DNA of 63,798 nucleotides, counting the filler, from Octopus bimaculoides (taxonomy: Eukaryota): NCBI RefSeq assembly GCF_001194135.2. It is 5 parts of 5 records of this genome, joined end to end, with 100 filler letters (N's around TTAATTAATTAA, not from the genome) between each part and the next. Parts side by side here need not be neighbours in the genome. Positions count along the whole stretch, not along the records: positions 61,754 to 63,798 come from NC_069009.1; 4 more parts are not named here. The stretch is one strand, 5' to 3'. The first letter of the stretch is position 1. Each line of letters begins with the position of its first letter. This document shows, piece after piece, positions 63,356 to 63,798 of the stretch. A program made the translations under genes and the position numbers. The notes below the pieces were generated by a model. The model saw only the letters and a program-made list of their open reading frames with translations. It was not told the DNA's origin and did no database searches.

Positions 63356-63798
63356 ATACATAAAACAAATATATACAAATACAAAGTATAGGGGGTAGGT
63401 AGATGTATATATATATATATGTGTGTGTGTGTGTGCATACTGACAGCTAATACCATGACTGGCCGGAGCGAGCTATCTGTCTGTCTGTCTCTCTCTCTAT
63501 CTATTACTCGAAAGTTATTGGAACAGATTTGACACCTATATCCATGCGTTTGAAAACACAACACAGAGTATAAGGGTACTCGCGTCCGCGCTAGCTGGTC
63601 GTGAGTGGTCGATCCTATTATTTTTAAACTTCAAACTTCATTTGTTTTCTATTTTGATAAATTCTCTCTGTTGAAAATTATATTTTTATATTTTAAATAA
63701 TTTGCAATTTCAGGAAATATGTTTTTATATTAAATTTGTGTTTTCTAATAAGGTGGACGAGTGATTGATAGATAGTAGATAGATATCAGTAAGTAAGT

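Overview
Repeat-saturated, AT-rich eukaryotic genomic DNA, most likely octopus. This is inferred from the dense microsatellites and characteristic tRNA-derived SINE families. The only host gene piece I recognise is the last coding exon of an SLCO/OATP organic anion transporter (minus strand, 52869-53146). Other supported content: a dispersed, decayed ITS2-28S rDNA fragment (about 20180-21155, minus); Penelope-like elements (PLEs) of two lineages; R4/Dong-like, Hero-like, CR1/L2-like, RTE-like and possibly L1/Tx1-like LINE fragments; a deleted mariner; Tc1 and hAT relics; a Helitron-like 3' end; a palindromic 8-bp-TSD element with an inward-facing TTAGGG/CCCTAA core; and many SINEs. The most notable signal is a set of six type I hammerhead-ribozyme motifs or relics in three architectures, four of them in PLE or PLE-like tails. 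One family has a very long stem II, and its two copies together restore the full catalytic core. All calls come from reading by eye. No database search or folding program was run, and repeat boundaries are approximate unless a TSD or splice site is given.
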